Positions 1-9,965 of a stretch of DNA of 64,000 nt are shown here, piece by piece. Every line of letters starts with the position of its first letter. The stretch's first letter is position 1. Origin of the DNA: an uncultured delta proteobacterium (lineage in GTDB: Bacteria > Desulfobacterota > Desulfomonilia > UBA1062); assembly GCA_963798485.1 (NCBI GenBank), contig CAWCTR010000004.1:224001-288000 (forward strand), read 5' to 3'. The translations under genes and the position numbers were made by a program. The notes beneath the pieces were generated by a model, which saw only the letters and a program-made list of their open reading frames with translations, was not told where the DNA came from and did no database searches.

Positions 1-1501
1 TGTCAGCCTGAAACCGGGACAATGCAAAAGAGACGAGGAGTGCGACTATTATATTGCCGAAATAAATAGCGGTTGTGTAGACGGTGCCTAGGTATTTCCC
101 TGCCAGTGCCAGGATTACGACTGTTCTTGCCGAGCAGGCGATGAATGGAATGATGAGCATGGTGAGGACCCTGTCGCGCTCGGTTTCGAGGCCCCGGACG
201 GCCATAATCGCTGGCACGTTGCATCCGTAGCCGAGGATTATTGGTATTACTGATTTCCCGTGCAGGCCGAACCGGTGAAGGATGCCGTCCACCATGAAGG
301 CTATTCTGGGCAGGAGCCCTGAATCCTCCAGAATGGCGAGTAGGATGAGCAGAGGGATAAGGTAAGGCAGCACGATCCCGATACCCGCGACCATTCCATC
401 ATAGAGCCCCGAAATTGCTACCCCGGTGATCCCGCCGGCCAGACCATTCACTATCCGCCCAAGTGCGGAAAGTGGTTTGTCTATCAGACTCGAAATGATG
501 TCTCCCATAAAGAACGAGGCATAGAACATGAAAAACAGCAGGCCTATGATGGTGATAAAACCACCGATCGGGTTGATGATGAAATAATCAATCTTTTCCC
601 TGAGCATCATCTTTTTTCTGTGACTTACCTTTGCGACCTGTTCGAAAAGATCGAACACGATCGCATGGCGGTGCGAAGAAAAAACACCGGACTCCGGCCA
701 ATTGTGAATTTCGGCCAGAAGCCGTCTTTTCTCCATGACAAACTGCAGGAAAGATGCATCTATATTTCCTGTCATACGTTCGAATTCTTCATCCATCTCC
801 AGAAGCCTGATGATAACGAACCGTTCATCCATGGACAGGGCTTTTCTCAGAGCATCTGGATACCGGCTTGTAATATCGGCGATGCATTCCTCCACGTCCC
901 TGTCATAAATAGGCTTTACCGGGGTGAAACGCCCCTTGGCGACCCTGATTGCGGCCTCAAAGAGCTCACGCACTCCGCTCCCCTCCACTGCAATAACCGG
1001 GTAGGCTTCCGCTCCGGTCAGGCTGATGAGTTTTGGCAGATCGATTTCGTGGCCTTTTTTCTGCGCTTCATCAAACATGTTAAGGCCCAACACCATGGGA
1101 ATATTCATCTCGAGAATCTGTATAGTAAGCTCAAGTGAGCGGGAGAGAAGGGATGCATCAAGTACGTTTATGATGACATCCACATTGCCCGAAAGGAGGT
1201 AATCACGGGCAACCTTCTCTGCAATATCGTGTGATGATATTGAGTAGGTGCCGGGGAGATCGATAAGCCTTATGGTTCTTCCTTCAAACAACACTTTGGT
1301 CTCAGTAAAAGATACCGTGGTGCCGGCAAAATTCCCGGTATTGACCTTGAATCCTGCAACTGCATTGAAGAGTGTTGACTTGCCGCAGTTGGGCTGGCCC
1401 GCCAGAGCAATGACGAGTTCATCATCGGATTTTTTTATCGTGGATATTTCCTGACGTAACACCATTTCTGCACCTTGGCCAGGCAACTCACAGCCTATCA
1501 T
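1..1501 (-). CDS. feoB: Ferrous iron transporter FeoB, runs off the window start
   Basis: Not in the ORF track; translated by hand: ...VIALAGQPNCGKSTLFN (G1)...GNFAGTTV (G2)...LIDLPGTYS (G3), followed by hydrophobic segments. ATG at 1501 overlaps the feoA stop (ATGA); alternative start at 1465. Confidence 0.9.
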   Translation of the reverse strand, partial: MIGCELPGQGAEMVLRQEISTIKKSDDELVIALAGQPNCGKSTLFNAVAGFKVNTGNFAGTTVSFTETKVLFEGRTIRLIDLPGTYSISSHDIAEKVARDYLLSGNVDVIINVLDASLLSRSLELTIQILEMNIPMVLGLNMFDEAQKKGHEIDLPKLISLTGAEAYPVIAVEGSGVRELFEAAIRVAKGRFTPVKPIYDRDVEECIADITSRYPDALRKALSMDERFVIIRLLEMDEEFERMTGNIDASFLQFVMEKRRLLAEIHNWPESGVFSSHRHAIVFDLFEQVAKVSHRKKMMLREKIDYFIINPIGGFITIIGLLFFMFYASFFMGDIISSLIDKPLSALGRIVNGLAGGITGVAISGLYDGMVAGIGIVLPYLIPLLILLAILEDSGLLPRIAFMVDGILHRFGLHGKSVIPIILGYGCNVPAIMAVRGLETERDRVLTMLIIPFIACSARTVVILALAGKYLGTVYTTAIYFGNIIVALLVSFALSRFQAD

Positions 1502-1776
1502 AGGGTTTCACTACGGTTTACCTCAACATGTGACGCCATCTCCCGGCTGATCATCATCCTGGCTCCGGATGATACATCTTCAACGAGCAACGGGCCGTTA
1601 AAAGGCGCAGCCTTGATCATTCGGATTTGTGTTCCTTCATGAATGCCGAACCCAGACATGCGAGCATTGGTATTCTTATCGCCATTGAGCTTGTCTATAA
1701 CTGCGGTGTCGCCTTGTTTCAGGTCTAATAATTTCAATGGAACCTTCTCTCGATGATTGTTATCGCTAATGTTCAT
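1498..1776 (-). CDS. feoA: FeoA family protein
   Basis: 92 aa with RMSGFGIHEGTQIRMIKAAPFNGPLLVE SH3-like FeoA pattern; directly upstream of feoB. Confidence 0.88.
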   Translation of the reverse strand: MNISDNNHREKVPLKLLDLKQGDTAVIDKLNGDKNTNARMSGFGIHEGTQIRMIKAAPFNGPLLVEDVSSGARMMISREMASHVEVNRSETL

Positions 1777-1799
1777 ATAATGATTTTATCAGCAAAGTA

Positions 1800-2306
1800 T
1801 CATGCTTCGCCGCCATTCCTCTTATTCCTGCATTCTGCACAGAGACCGATGAGCTCCAGATGGTGGCTCTCCAGGGTGAACCCATATTCTTTTGCTACTG
1901 CTTCCTGAAGTATTTCAATGGCAGGATAGGTGAATTCAACTTTCCTGCTGCAGCTTGAACAGATGAGATGATCGTGGTGCTCATGGTCCCAGATATGTTC
2001 ATACCACGCACCTCCTGTCTGGGCTTCTTCCTGAATGCATGACCTGCGGATGATTCCAGCTTGAACTAGCAGGGCCAAGTTGCGATATACAGTGGTCAGG
2101 GACAAATTATATCCCTGGGCCTTGAGGAGATCCAGCAGATGATAAGGGTTAAAATGCCCTTCAATATCGCATATTGTTCTCAATAAATAGAGTCTTTCTT
2201 TTGTAAGCCTACCCCCACTTGATTTCACTATTGAATTGAATTTAATTACACAATAACCATTCGGCGCACAATTCGCGCAAGTGGGTTTTAAGTATTCTTG
2301 TTGCAT
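1800..2306 (-). CDS. Fur family metalloregulator
   Basis: RLTKER...SLTTVYRNLALL helix-turn-helix, HHDHLICSSC and C-terminal CAEC motifs; extra N-terminal CANC. Subfamily (Fur/Zur/PerR) not resolved. Confidence 0.9.
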   Translation of the reverse strand: MQQEYLKPTCANCAPNGYCVIKFNSIVKSSGGRLTKERLYLLRTICDIEGHFNPYHLLDLLKAQGYNLSLTTVYRNLALLVQAGIIRRSCIQEEAQTGGAWYEHIWDHEHHDHLICSSCSRKVEFTYPAIEILQEAVAKEYGFTLESHHLELIGLCAECRNKRNGGEA

Positions 2307-2313
2307 ATTGTTA

Positions 2314-2342
2314 CCAATAGCAACCTAGTTACAATCTGTCAA
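2314..2342 (-). promoter_or_regulatory. Putative sigma70 promoter of fur-feoAB with an imperfect palindrome between -35 and -10
   Basis: Minus strand TTGACA-17 bp-TATTGG; the spacer overlaps ATTGTAACTAGGTTGCTAT (GTAAC-N3-GTTGC). Confidence 0.5.
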
Positions 2343-2493
2343 GCCTTATATGGGGTGTAAGCCCAAACCGCCGAAAAGTTTCATAGGAAAGTATCGTCAT
2401 TATAGAGCCTAGCTCAACATGTGATTGAGGCGATATCGGAAAAAGTCAGTCATTGTAAGGCCGATCATAAAAAAATCCACAATCAATCTTCTT

Positions 2494-3818
2494 CACTACT
2501 GTCCCAACGTTAATCGAATAAAGTCAACTGGTTGCCATGCATTAACTTTAAAGTCTGGCCATATGAATCTGTAAGTGCTTGTATAATGGGCGTCTTCTCG
2601 AAAAGAGTAACACTCAGAATCTGTAGAATTGTGTAAAGGCTGCTGTCGATTTTCAGGGTTTTCTTGACGATTGCCACAAGAACATAAACCGAGATGGCGA
2701 TCCAGATCTGAGTCTTCACGGAATTCTCTGTGGTGCCGTAGAAAGCCTTGATCCTGAGGTACTGTTTGATCCACTTGAAAAACAGCTCGATCTGCCATCG
2801 ACATCGGTACAGCTCGGCAATGGTCAGTGCCGGCAGGGTGAAGTTGTTGTTCAAAAATACCAGTCGTCTGTTGTTGTCCTTGTCGAAGAACCGAATCCGG
2901 CGAAGCTTTTCCGAATAGTCCTTTCGGGCATAGAAATTCTTCGTGGTGACGACCTGGTCGCACTGCATCCCAGCGGACTTGTCGACGGGTAGAGAATAGA
3001 GACGCTTGAACCGGAAGTTGTCTTTGGCCCTGATGACGAAGAAGGCACCTGCCTGATGAATCATATGAAGTCTGGTAAAGTCGATATAGCCCCGATCCAT
3101 GATGTAGATGGCCCCTGCCTCGATGGTGAGCTGATCGAGGATGTTCACCTCGTGAACCTTGCCGTGGGTGACAATCACCACCGTTGGTATGCTTCCCCGG
3201 AGATCCAGAAGGGTATGGAGCTTTATTGCCCCTTTGTGTTTCCTGAACTCCGCCCAGGGAAAGAGTGACAGGCAGAGGTCGATGATGGTGGCATCCAGTG
3301 CATACACCGTCTGATCCAGTTCCACGCCGAAGGACTCGCCGGTGTAGAGTCTCCTTGCCTTGGCTATGAGAATCTGGGCGAAATCGGCATAGATCCTCCA
3401 GCCCCTTCCCTGATTGGCGTTGGCCAGGGTGTTCCTTGAGACTTTGCCCCGTATGCCCAGGTGATACAGCTTGGCCTGTGCTGCTCTCAGACACGCCTGG
3501 ATATCCCGCAGGCTTTCCCGGTAGGTTAACTGGGCAAAGGCCATACATAGGTATTGATCCCAGCAGGAGAAGCTCTTGATCTTGTAGTTGCCGTTGTAAC
3601 GTTTTACGCATTGGCGAAAATCGTGGATAGGCACAAAGTCCATCAACAGGGAGAACATGGTACGACCAGAGTTCATCTGCCATCTCCTTCTGCTGGAATG
3701 CAGAAGTATGGCCTTCTTCTGAAATTATTTTCAAATCGATTACAACCATATCTCCCCGATAACCTTCTTCATGCCTTGGTCTACAGCCTTTGATCTGTTA
3801 AACGTTGGGACAGCAGTG
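2494..3818 (-). mobile_element. IS4 family insertion sequence, intact
   Basis: 18-bp TIRs CACTACTGTCCCAACGTT / CACTGCTGTCCCAACGTT (1 mismatch); 9-bp target duplication AATCTTCTT at 2485-2493 and 3819-3827. Confidence 0.93.
2510..3676 (-). CDS. IS4 family DDE transposase (DUF4372-type N-terminus)
   Basis: ALDATII, MDRGY and YRCRWQIELFFKWIKQ (YREK-like) DDE motifs. Confidence 0.93.
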   Translation of the reverse strand: MNSGRTMFSLLMDFVPIHDFRQCVKRYNGNYKIKSFSCWDQYLCMAFAQLTYRESLRDIQACLRAAQAKLYHLGIRGKVSRNTLANANQGRGWRIYADFAQILIAKARRLYTGESFGVELDQTVYALDATIIDLCLSLFPWAEFRKHKGAIKLHTLLDLRGSIPTVVIVTHGKVHEVNILDQLTIEAGAIYIMDRGYIDFTRLHMIHQAGAFFVIRAKDNFRFKRLYSLPVDKSAGMQCDQVVTTKNFYARKDYSEKLRRIRFFDKDNNRRLVFLNNNFTLPALTIAELYRCRWQIELFFKWIKQYLRIKAFYGTTENSVKTQIWIAISVYVLVAIVKKTLKIDSSLYTILQILSVTLFEKTPIIQALTDSYGQTLKLMHGNQLTLFD

Positions 3819-3931
3819 AATCTTCTTAATAAAATTTCATGATTATCTTTCATCCTTAGATTGTAAGCTCCTCAATTTCAACGGCGTTGCCTTGTTGAAA
3901 AACACCCTGAATTGAGCAATGTCTTAATATA

Positions 3932-5218
3932 GGGTACCTCTAATAATTCTCCCAGCCCAGCGCAGATATAAAGTGCTTAACTTATTGAATATGTTATATA
4001 ATTGATAGATTGAATGGAGCTAAGGAGGGGGATGATGAAGCAACTGGGATTATTCGACTGGGAAAATCGTTATACCAGGATCGATAAAGGTGGAGACCCT
4101 CTGATGAAGCTGAATAAGGTCATTGACTGGGAGGCCTTCCGTCCGTTGCTCATGAAAGTGAGGGAGAAAGAGCGCAAGAACAATGCAGGAGCGAGGCCAT
4201 ACGATGTGGTGTTGATGTTCAAGAGTCTGGTGATCCAATCGCTGTATAACCTTTCTGATGATGAGTTGGAGTATCAGATATTGGATCGTCTGACGTTCAT
4301 GCGGTTTTTAGGCCTTGGTCCTGGGGAAAGGGTCCCGGATGCTAAGACGGTCTGGTTGTTCAGGGAGCAGCTGAAGGAGGCCGGGCTTGTGGAGGAGCTG
4401 TTCAGGAACTTTGATCGGTATCTGCAGGAGAGCGGGTTTGTAGCACGAAAGGGGCAGATTGTGGATGCCAGCATTGTGTCCGTACCAAAACAGAGGAACA
4501 CCCGTGAAGAGAATGGACTGATAAAGGAAGGTGGTAAGCCCGAAGACTGGAATGAACCCAAGAGTCGCCAGAAGGACACAGATGCCCGGTGGCTCAAAAA
4601 GAACGGCAAGAATTATTATGGGTACAAGAACCATGTCAGCGTTGACGTGAAGAACAAGCTTATCCGAGGTTATACTGTTACTGATGCCAGGGTGCATGAC
4701 TCTCAGGTGTTTGGGGATCTCCTGCAAGATGGAAACAAGAGCAGGGATGTGTATGCAGATTCTGCGTATCGATCTGAGGAAATCCTGGAGATGCTGCACA
4801 AGCAAGGATATCGTGAGCATATACAGCGTAAGGGGTATCGGAACCGGAAGCTTACGGAATGGGAGAAGAAAGGGAATCACACACGCTCAAAGATACGATC
4901 CCGCATCGAGCATGTATTCGGAGTGCAGGCCATGATGGCAGGATATCTGCTATTGAGGACGATTGGGATTGCTCGAGCGTGGGTCAAAATAGGGCTGAGG
5001 AACCTTGCCTACAACATGTTTCGTTTCCAGACACTCGTGACTGCCAGGTGAGATATGCCTGAATGGATTAAATCATGTTCCTGGGAGGTAATAAACCATG
5101 GGTGAGGCCGTCAAAACCCGATAATTGCACACCCCAACAGGCAGATTCCATGAGTAATGCTTAGGTGAATCAACTCCAACATGATGCTTCCAGAAAAAGT
5201 GAATTATTCGAGGTGGCC
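3932..5218 (+). mobile_element. IS5 family insertion sequence, intact
   Basis: TIRs GGGTACCTCTAATAATTC / GGCCACCTCGAATAATTC (15/18); 4-bp TSD TATA at 3928-3931 and 5219-5222, matching the YTAR target preference of IS5. Confidence 0.88.
4014..5051 (+). CDS. IS5 family transposase
   Basis: IVDASIV, YGYKNH, YADSAY and RSRIEHVFG motifs; start may be 4032 or 4035. Confidence 0.93.
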   Translation: MELRRGMMKQLGLFDWENRYTRIDKGGDPLMKLNKVIDWEAFRPLLMKVREKERKNNAGARPYDVVLMFKSLVIQSLYNLSDDELEYQILDRLTFMRFLGLGPGERVPDAKTVWLFREQLKEAGLVEELFRNFDRYLQESGFVARKGQIVDASIVSVPKQRNTREENGLIKEGGKPEDWNEPKSRQKDTDARWLKKNGKNYYGYKNHVSVDVKNKLIRGYTVTDARVHDSQVFGDLLQDGNKSRDVYADSAYRSEEILEMLHKQGYREHIQRKGYRNRKLTEWEKKGNHTRSKIRSRIEHVFGVQAMMAGYLLLRTIGIARAWVKIGLRNLAYNMFRFQTLVTAR

Positions 5219-5431
5219 TATATCATATTTCATCTACTTTATGGGCTTTTTAAGGATTAATGACCTGTTGATCTCTGCGCTGTAGTGACAGTTTCTAGAA
5301 GTCCGAAAACCGTTGATCTCGGGTTAAAACATACGCAGAGAAGGGCTTCACATCTGACCGTGAGAGGTGGCACGTTATCAACAGTTTCTATTTTTATTAA
5401 CTATTAAATCAAGCAGTTCGGCTTAGCCCCC

Positions 5432-6967
5432 CTACATCACCATTTGTATAAGATTTGGTCCTTGGTCCCTTAGAGCCTTTCCGAGCTCTTTTGAAAGCTC
5501 CTCTGCAGAAGTTACTTTTACTGACGGCACGCCCATTCCCTTACCCAGATTCACCCAGTCAATACCTGTAAGGTCTGTGAGGTGAGATGCACACTTGTCT
5601 GGTAAAACTCCGAGTCTGCCATACTCAAGCTTCAGTATATCATAACTCCGATTTGAGCAGATAAGCGTGGTGATATTCAGCCCCTCTTTTGCCTCTGTCC
5701 AGAGTGCCTGTAGAGTATACATACCTGCTCCGTCTGCCTGGAAATTGATCACAGGTCTGTCAGGACAGGCGATAGCAGCTCCCACTGCACAAGGTGCGCC
5801 CTGACCAATCGCTCCTCCTGTGAGCGTAAGCAGGCTGAAAGGCGGAACGCTTGAAGTGATGGGATAGTACATAAGGCCAGTTGTGATTGCCTCCTCAACC
5901 ACAATTGATCCCTCAGGCTGAAGAGCAGCTATGATTGAGCAAATCTTGTCACCTGTGAGGGCTCCTGTGGGAGTTTCAGGTCTTCTTGACGAGGTAAGTA
6001 TGCCCGCTTCGAGACTTTTAGATGCATTAAGCTCATCTGCAATAATATCCAAAACCTCCATTAGGTCCTGACCATGCGTGGGAATGTGAACCTTCGTCTG
6101 CTCTTCTCTTAAAAAGGTTGCCGGAATGCCTTCATACCCGAAAAAGGCCACTGGCTCATTTGCTCCTACAAAAACAAACCCCTCATACTTTGACAGCATG
6201 TCCAGCGCTATCTCAGGAAGGTAAGGTATGCGGCTCACGTCAGGCAAACCGGCACCACGTTCGATATGTGCGGGGAAATTCTCGATAATGAGATCACAGC
6301 CACATGCCTGTTTTATCCTTGCAGCAACCATCAGCTCTTTTTTACCGATATAGTTGTTGCCTAGAACAAGGGCAGCCTTTTTGTTGCCTCTCAAAAAGGA
6401 TACTGCTAATTCAACAGCGTCTTTGCTTACGGATTCTTTCTCCTGCTTAAATGGTATGAAACTACTGTCATCGCAATCCCTCATCTGTAGATCAAATGGG
6501 ACGATGAGAGTTGCGACCTGCCCTAATTTAGCTGCTTCAACTGCATTTACCATATCCCACCCAAGAAGATCTGGAGAGCTACAAGTGCGTTGCCATCCGG
6601 AGACCGTACGGGACAAAGACTCAATATCCATAGTAAGGGGCGGGTCGAACTGACGGTGCCATGTGGAATGCTCTCCCACCACAGTTACAACCCTGCTGTG
6701 AGCCCTCTTGGCATTATGGAGATTTGCTATTCCGTTTGCCAATCCAGGCCCCAGATGGAGAAGCACCATGGCGGGCTTCTGGAGCATCCTTGCATAACCA
6801 TCCGCAGCTCCGGTACATACTCCTTCAAACAGTCCCAGAACCGGCCGTACACCCCCAACTGTATCCAGGGCAACCACAAGCGGAAGCTCGGTCGTGCCCG
6901 GATTGGCAAAACATACTTCTATCCCAAAGTCCTTTGCAGCCTTTATAATACAACTTGCTCCATTCAT
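5432..6967 (-). CDS. ThDP-dependent enzyme (acetolactate synthase large subunit/benzoylformate decarboxylase-like)
   Basis: ANPGTTE, catalytic LFEG, HLGPGLANG and ThDP-binding QADGAGMY...N motif. Confidence 0.88.
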   Translation of the reverse strand: MNGASCIIKAAKDFGIEVCFANPGTTELPLVVALDTVGGVRPVLGLFEGVCTGAADGYARMLQKPAMVLLHLGPGLANGIANLHNAKRAHSRVVTVVGEHSTWHRQFDPPLTMDIESLSRTVSGWQRTCSSPDLLGWDMVNAVEAAKLGQVATLIVPFDLQMRDCDDSSFIPFKQEKESVSKDAVELAVSFLRGNKKAALVLGNNYIGKKELMVAARIKQACGCDLIIENFPAHIERGAGLPDVSRIPYLPEIALDMLSKYEGFVFVGANEPVAFFGYEGIPATFLREEQTKVHIPTHGQDLMEVLDIIADELNASKSLEAGILTSSRRPETPTGALTGDKICSIIAALQPEGSIVVEEAITTGLMYYPITSSVPPFSLLTLTGGAIGQGAPCAVGAAIACPDRPVINFQADGAGMYTLQALWTEAKEGLNITTLICSNRSYDILKLEYGRLGVLPDKCASHLTDLTGIDWVNLGKGMGVPSVKVTSAEELSKELGKALRDQGPNLIQMVM

Positions 6968-7012
6968 GATTATCTCCTTTGTTCTGTAGATGGATTAAAG
7001 ATAATATTTATT

Positions 7013-8014
7013 TTAAATAGTATTTACCAATGACGACGGAACATTACCTTTGAGTACCCAAGCAATGTTTGTCGTGGCCATATTAATGATTCTCGCTGCT
7101 GCCTCATCGGTCACACCAGCAATATGGGGTGAAAGAAGCACTTTGTCGTTGTCCAAGCTCAGAAGTAGATTCCCAATCCTTACAGGCTCTTCTGAAAAGA
7201 CATCAATGCCTGCTCCGGCGATCTTTCCACTTATAAGTGCTTCTGCTAGGGCTCTTTCGTCAACCAGCTCCGCCCGGGCAACATTGATAAGATAAGCGCC
7301 ATTTTTCATGGCCTTGAAAGCTGTATCATCTATCATGTTCCTGGTAGCCTCAGTTAACGGAGCATGAAGACTTATGATGTCGGATTGACTCAATACAGTT
7401 TTCAGATCACAGTATTCAACGCCTAACTCCTGTTCCAATGCTAGATCATATCGATGTGAGTCAAAATATAAAATCCTGCTCAGCTCGAAAGGCTTTAATC
7501 TACTGACTACAGCCTGGCCGATTCTTCCGAAACCAATAAGGCCCCATACCTTAGCTTTAAGCTCAGCAGGTTTAATGCTCATCTGCTCCCACTTACCCTG
7601 CTTGGTGGTTTTATCTGCATGGAGCATATTCTTGAGAAGGCAAAGCCCCCAGGCAATAGTATGCTCGGCTACACTGACGGTATTGGCGCCTGCGGTGTTC
7701 GCTACATTGATTCCTTTGGCTGTGCAAGCCGCCACATCAATATGCTGATACCCCACACTCGGCTGCTGGATGAGCCTTAGCTTCTGTGCACTCATCACCA
7801 GATCAGAAGTTATCTTATGCTTAAATGTGTAATCACCAAGCACCACATCCGCTTCCATAAAGTATTTCTTGACCTCTTCATCAGACATCTCATAACCTGC
7901 AATAACTTCAAAATCGGGCACTCCTGGTGTCTGCTGGATAAGGAGCTTAACTATCTCAGCCTGTAAAGGGGCTAATGAAAGTACTATATATTTCATTTTA
8001 TTCCTCCAACTCAT
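7013..8014 (-). CDS. D-isomer-specific 2-hydroxyacid dehydrogenase
   Basis: GLIGFGRIG Rossmann motif, INVAR, DVFSEEP, SPHIAG catalytic motifs. Confidence 0.92.
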   Translation of the reverse strand: MSWRNKMKYIVLSLAPLQAEIVKLLIQQTPGVPDFEVIAGYEMSDEEVKKYFMEADVVLGDYTFKHKITSDLVMSAQKLRLIQQPSVGYQHIDVAACTAKGINVANTAGANTVSVAEHTIAWGLCLLKNMLHADKTTKQGKWEQMSIKPAELKAKVWGLIGFGRIGQAVVSRLKPFELSRILYFDSHRYDLALEQELGVEYCDLKTVLSQSDIISLHAPLTEATRNMIDDTAFKAMKNGAYLINVARAELVDERALAEALISGKIAGAGIDVFSEEPVRIGNLLLSLDNDKVLLSPHIAGVTDEAAARIINMATTNIAWVLKGNVPSSLVNTI

Positions 8015-8101
8015 AATTATTTAGTCAGAAAGTGATGCTTAGATTACTCCGCAGTTTGCTGTGAGATAGGCGAAACACAAAAAACTGCACAAATATAAAA
8101 T

Positions 8102-8171
8102 GATATTTGATCATGATCAAATATCTATACCCAAAAATCATTCCTGTCAACATTAATTTGATCATGATCAA
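8102..8171. promoter_or_regulatory. Two palindromic operators, probably bound by the adjacent TetR
   Basis: Perfect 24-bp palindrome GATATTTGATCATGATCAAATATC (8102-8125) and a second core TTGATCATGATCAA (8158-8171) between divergent genes. Confidence 0.75.
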
Positions 8172-8267
8172 TATTTATTGATGTGTGACTGCATTTGTGT
8201 TATGGATTGGAATCAAAATTAATTAAGAGACAAAATTGAATTTATCTTGATAAATAAGAAGGCCTAA

Positions 8268-8915
8268 ATGAAACGTGAAGAAAAAAGTAATTATATAAAG
8301 GAAAAGATTCTTGATGTAACTTCCAAGCTGATAATTAAACAAGGATATAAGAAAACAACAACAAGACAGATCATCAAAGAAGCTGGAGTTAATTATGGCA
8401 CATTGTACCATTTCTTTCGCGACAAGGAAGAGATACTCCTCCATATTTCTATGAAAATTTATAGTGATACCATAGATGCAGCCGGTACTCTTGCGGAAAA
8501 AGAGAAAGACCCTGTCATGAGATATGTCCTAACGAGAGCATTAGAGATGAAGGCTGTTGAGAGATATGACAGAATAGCAGAGCTGTACCTTGAGGCCTAT
8601 AGTTCCTGGCGTATAACACAGGCAATGCTGCCTATGAATATTGAAATGTACATAACCTATTTTCACAAATATTGTGAAAACTTTACTGACCAGGATTATT
8701 ATAATAGGGCTCTGGCCGCAAGAGCAATTCGGTTTATTTTTATTTCAGATAGGGTTTATTCAGGAGCCGGAAAATTTGAATCATATTTCCCTTTTATTAT
8801 AGAAACAACACTTTCATTATTCAAAGTCCCTGATAATAAAATAAAAAAGACAATTAATAAAGCTCTGCGCATTATAAAAGAAGATTCAATAACAATACAG
8901 GATTTCAGATTGTAA
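8268..8915 (+). CDS. TetR/AcrR family regulator
   Basis: GYKKTTTRQIIKEAGVNYGTLYHFFRDKEEIL HTH. Confidence 0.92.
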   Translation: MKREEKSNYIKEKILDVTSKLIIKQGYKKTTTRQIIKEAGVNYGTLYHFFRDKEEILLHISMKIYSDTIDAAGTLAEKEKDPVMRYVLTRALEMKAVERYDRIAELYLEAYSSWRITQAMLPMNIEMYITYFHKYCENFTDQDYYNRALAARAIRFIFISDRVYSGAGKFESYFPFIIETTLSLFKVPDNKIKKTINKALRIIKEDSITIQDFRL

Positions 8916-9220
8916 GGCCGGTAAAGCAGAATCTATTTGTGTGCATGACAGCTACAAGTGCTTGCGCTAACGGTTTAGATGGTTATCATATCGATAGTCC
9001 GTTGAATGGGAGTGTTTATCAAGGTGCGCAAAACTCTTTTCTTATTCCCACGAATACTAGTTCCGTTATTAAATCGATATTATACTTTCCCTTGGATGTT
9101 GGCTATTTTTGCCCATCCCCTCGAAAAGGTAAAAATTTATGTCCTAGACAGGCTAACCCGGCCCGTAATAATTATTGGCATGGGTGTAACCCATGATCGA
9201 TGAGACATCCTATCCATGAG

Positions 9221-9517
9221 CTATGCCGATGCATGTTCCTGAAATCGTGTTACCTTGATGCTGTCTGCACGTTGTTCGGCTTGCCAAAGATCATATTGCA
9301 TTTGCAGTTGTAGCCAGGTTTCTGGTCTGCCCCCAAAAGCCTTTGACAGGCGTATCGCCATTTCCGGCGAAACGCCGCTATGTCCGTTCACCAACTCGGA
9401 TAACGCTTTGCGTGTGACCCCTAGTCCCTTGGCTGCTGCTGTGATCGTCAGACCAAGTGGTTCAAGGCACTGGTCGTGGATGATTTCTCCTGGGTGCGGC
9501 GGGTTATGCATCTTCAT
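9221..9517 (-). CDS. higA: HigA family antitoxin
   Basis: [10 protein letters not shown]...[19 protein letters not shown]...PEMAIRL...[11 protein letters not shown]. Confidence 0.92.
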   Translation of the reverse strand: MKMHNPPHPGEIIHDQCLEPLGLTITAAAKGLGVTRKALSELVNGHSGVSPEMAIRLSKAFGGRPETWLQLQMQYDLWQAEQRADSIKVTRFQEHASA

Positions 9518-9537
9518 AATGTCCTCCTTGCTCGCGG

Positions 9538-9816
9538 TCAGTGGTAGTCGATCAAATCAACGTTTGTGACATTCTCGCCATTGAATTCGAATACGACCCG
9601 TAAATTACCGGATACGGATACTGACCATTGTCCTTTACGTTCGCCTTTCAAGGGATGGAGCCGGAACCCAGGTAATCTGATATCGTTGGGCTCTTGGCTT
9701 ACATTCAGAACGGCAAGTATTTGTATAAGTTTACGCACTTGTTGTGCAGATACTCCGCTTAAATCCCCCGTTGAGAATAACCGCTCTAAGCCCGTATGAC
9801 GAAAGCGAAGGATCAT
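9538..9816 (-). CDS. higB: HigB (RelE-like) toxin
   Basis: [10 protein letters not shown]...[10 protein letters not shown]...[15 protein letters not shown]...LIDYH; toxin gene precedes antitoxin. Confidence 0.9.
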   Translation of the reverse strand: MILRFRHTGLERLFSTGDLSGVSAQQVRKLIQILAVLNVSQEPNDIRLPGFRLHPLKGERKGQWSVSVSGNLRVVFEFNGENVTNVDLIDYH

Positions 9817-9965
9817 ATGTCACCTATAACGTAACAGGTTGCATCAGTCAAGAAATTTCATATGCATCTTCTGACTTGCCATAGACCAGCTAGGATATTT
9901 ATGGCTACTCGTTCAAGCCCTCTATCCTTATTGACAAGTTCTGCATTATTTGGTTCATAACAAAT

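Noticed and set aside
2496-3749. 417-aa alternative-frame ORF spanning the IS4 transposase
   Set aside because: No recognisable motifs; best explained as a stop-free shadow frame of the transposase.
2409-3853. 36-codon ORF (MKDNHEILLRRLIVDFF...) restored on the minus strand when IS4 and one TSD are removed
   Set aside because: Too short and with no recognisable similarity; could arise by chance.
8939-9203. Two short overlapping ORFs downstream of tetR
   Set aside because: No motifs or clear RBS; probably non-coding or decayed sequence.
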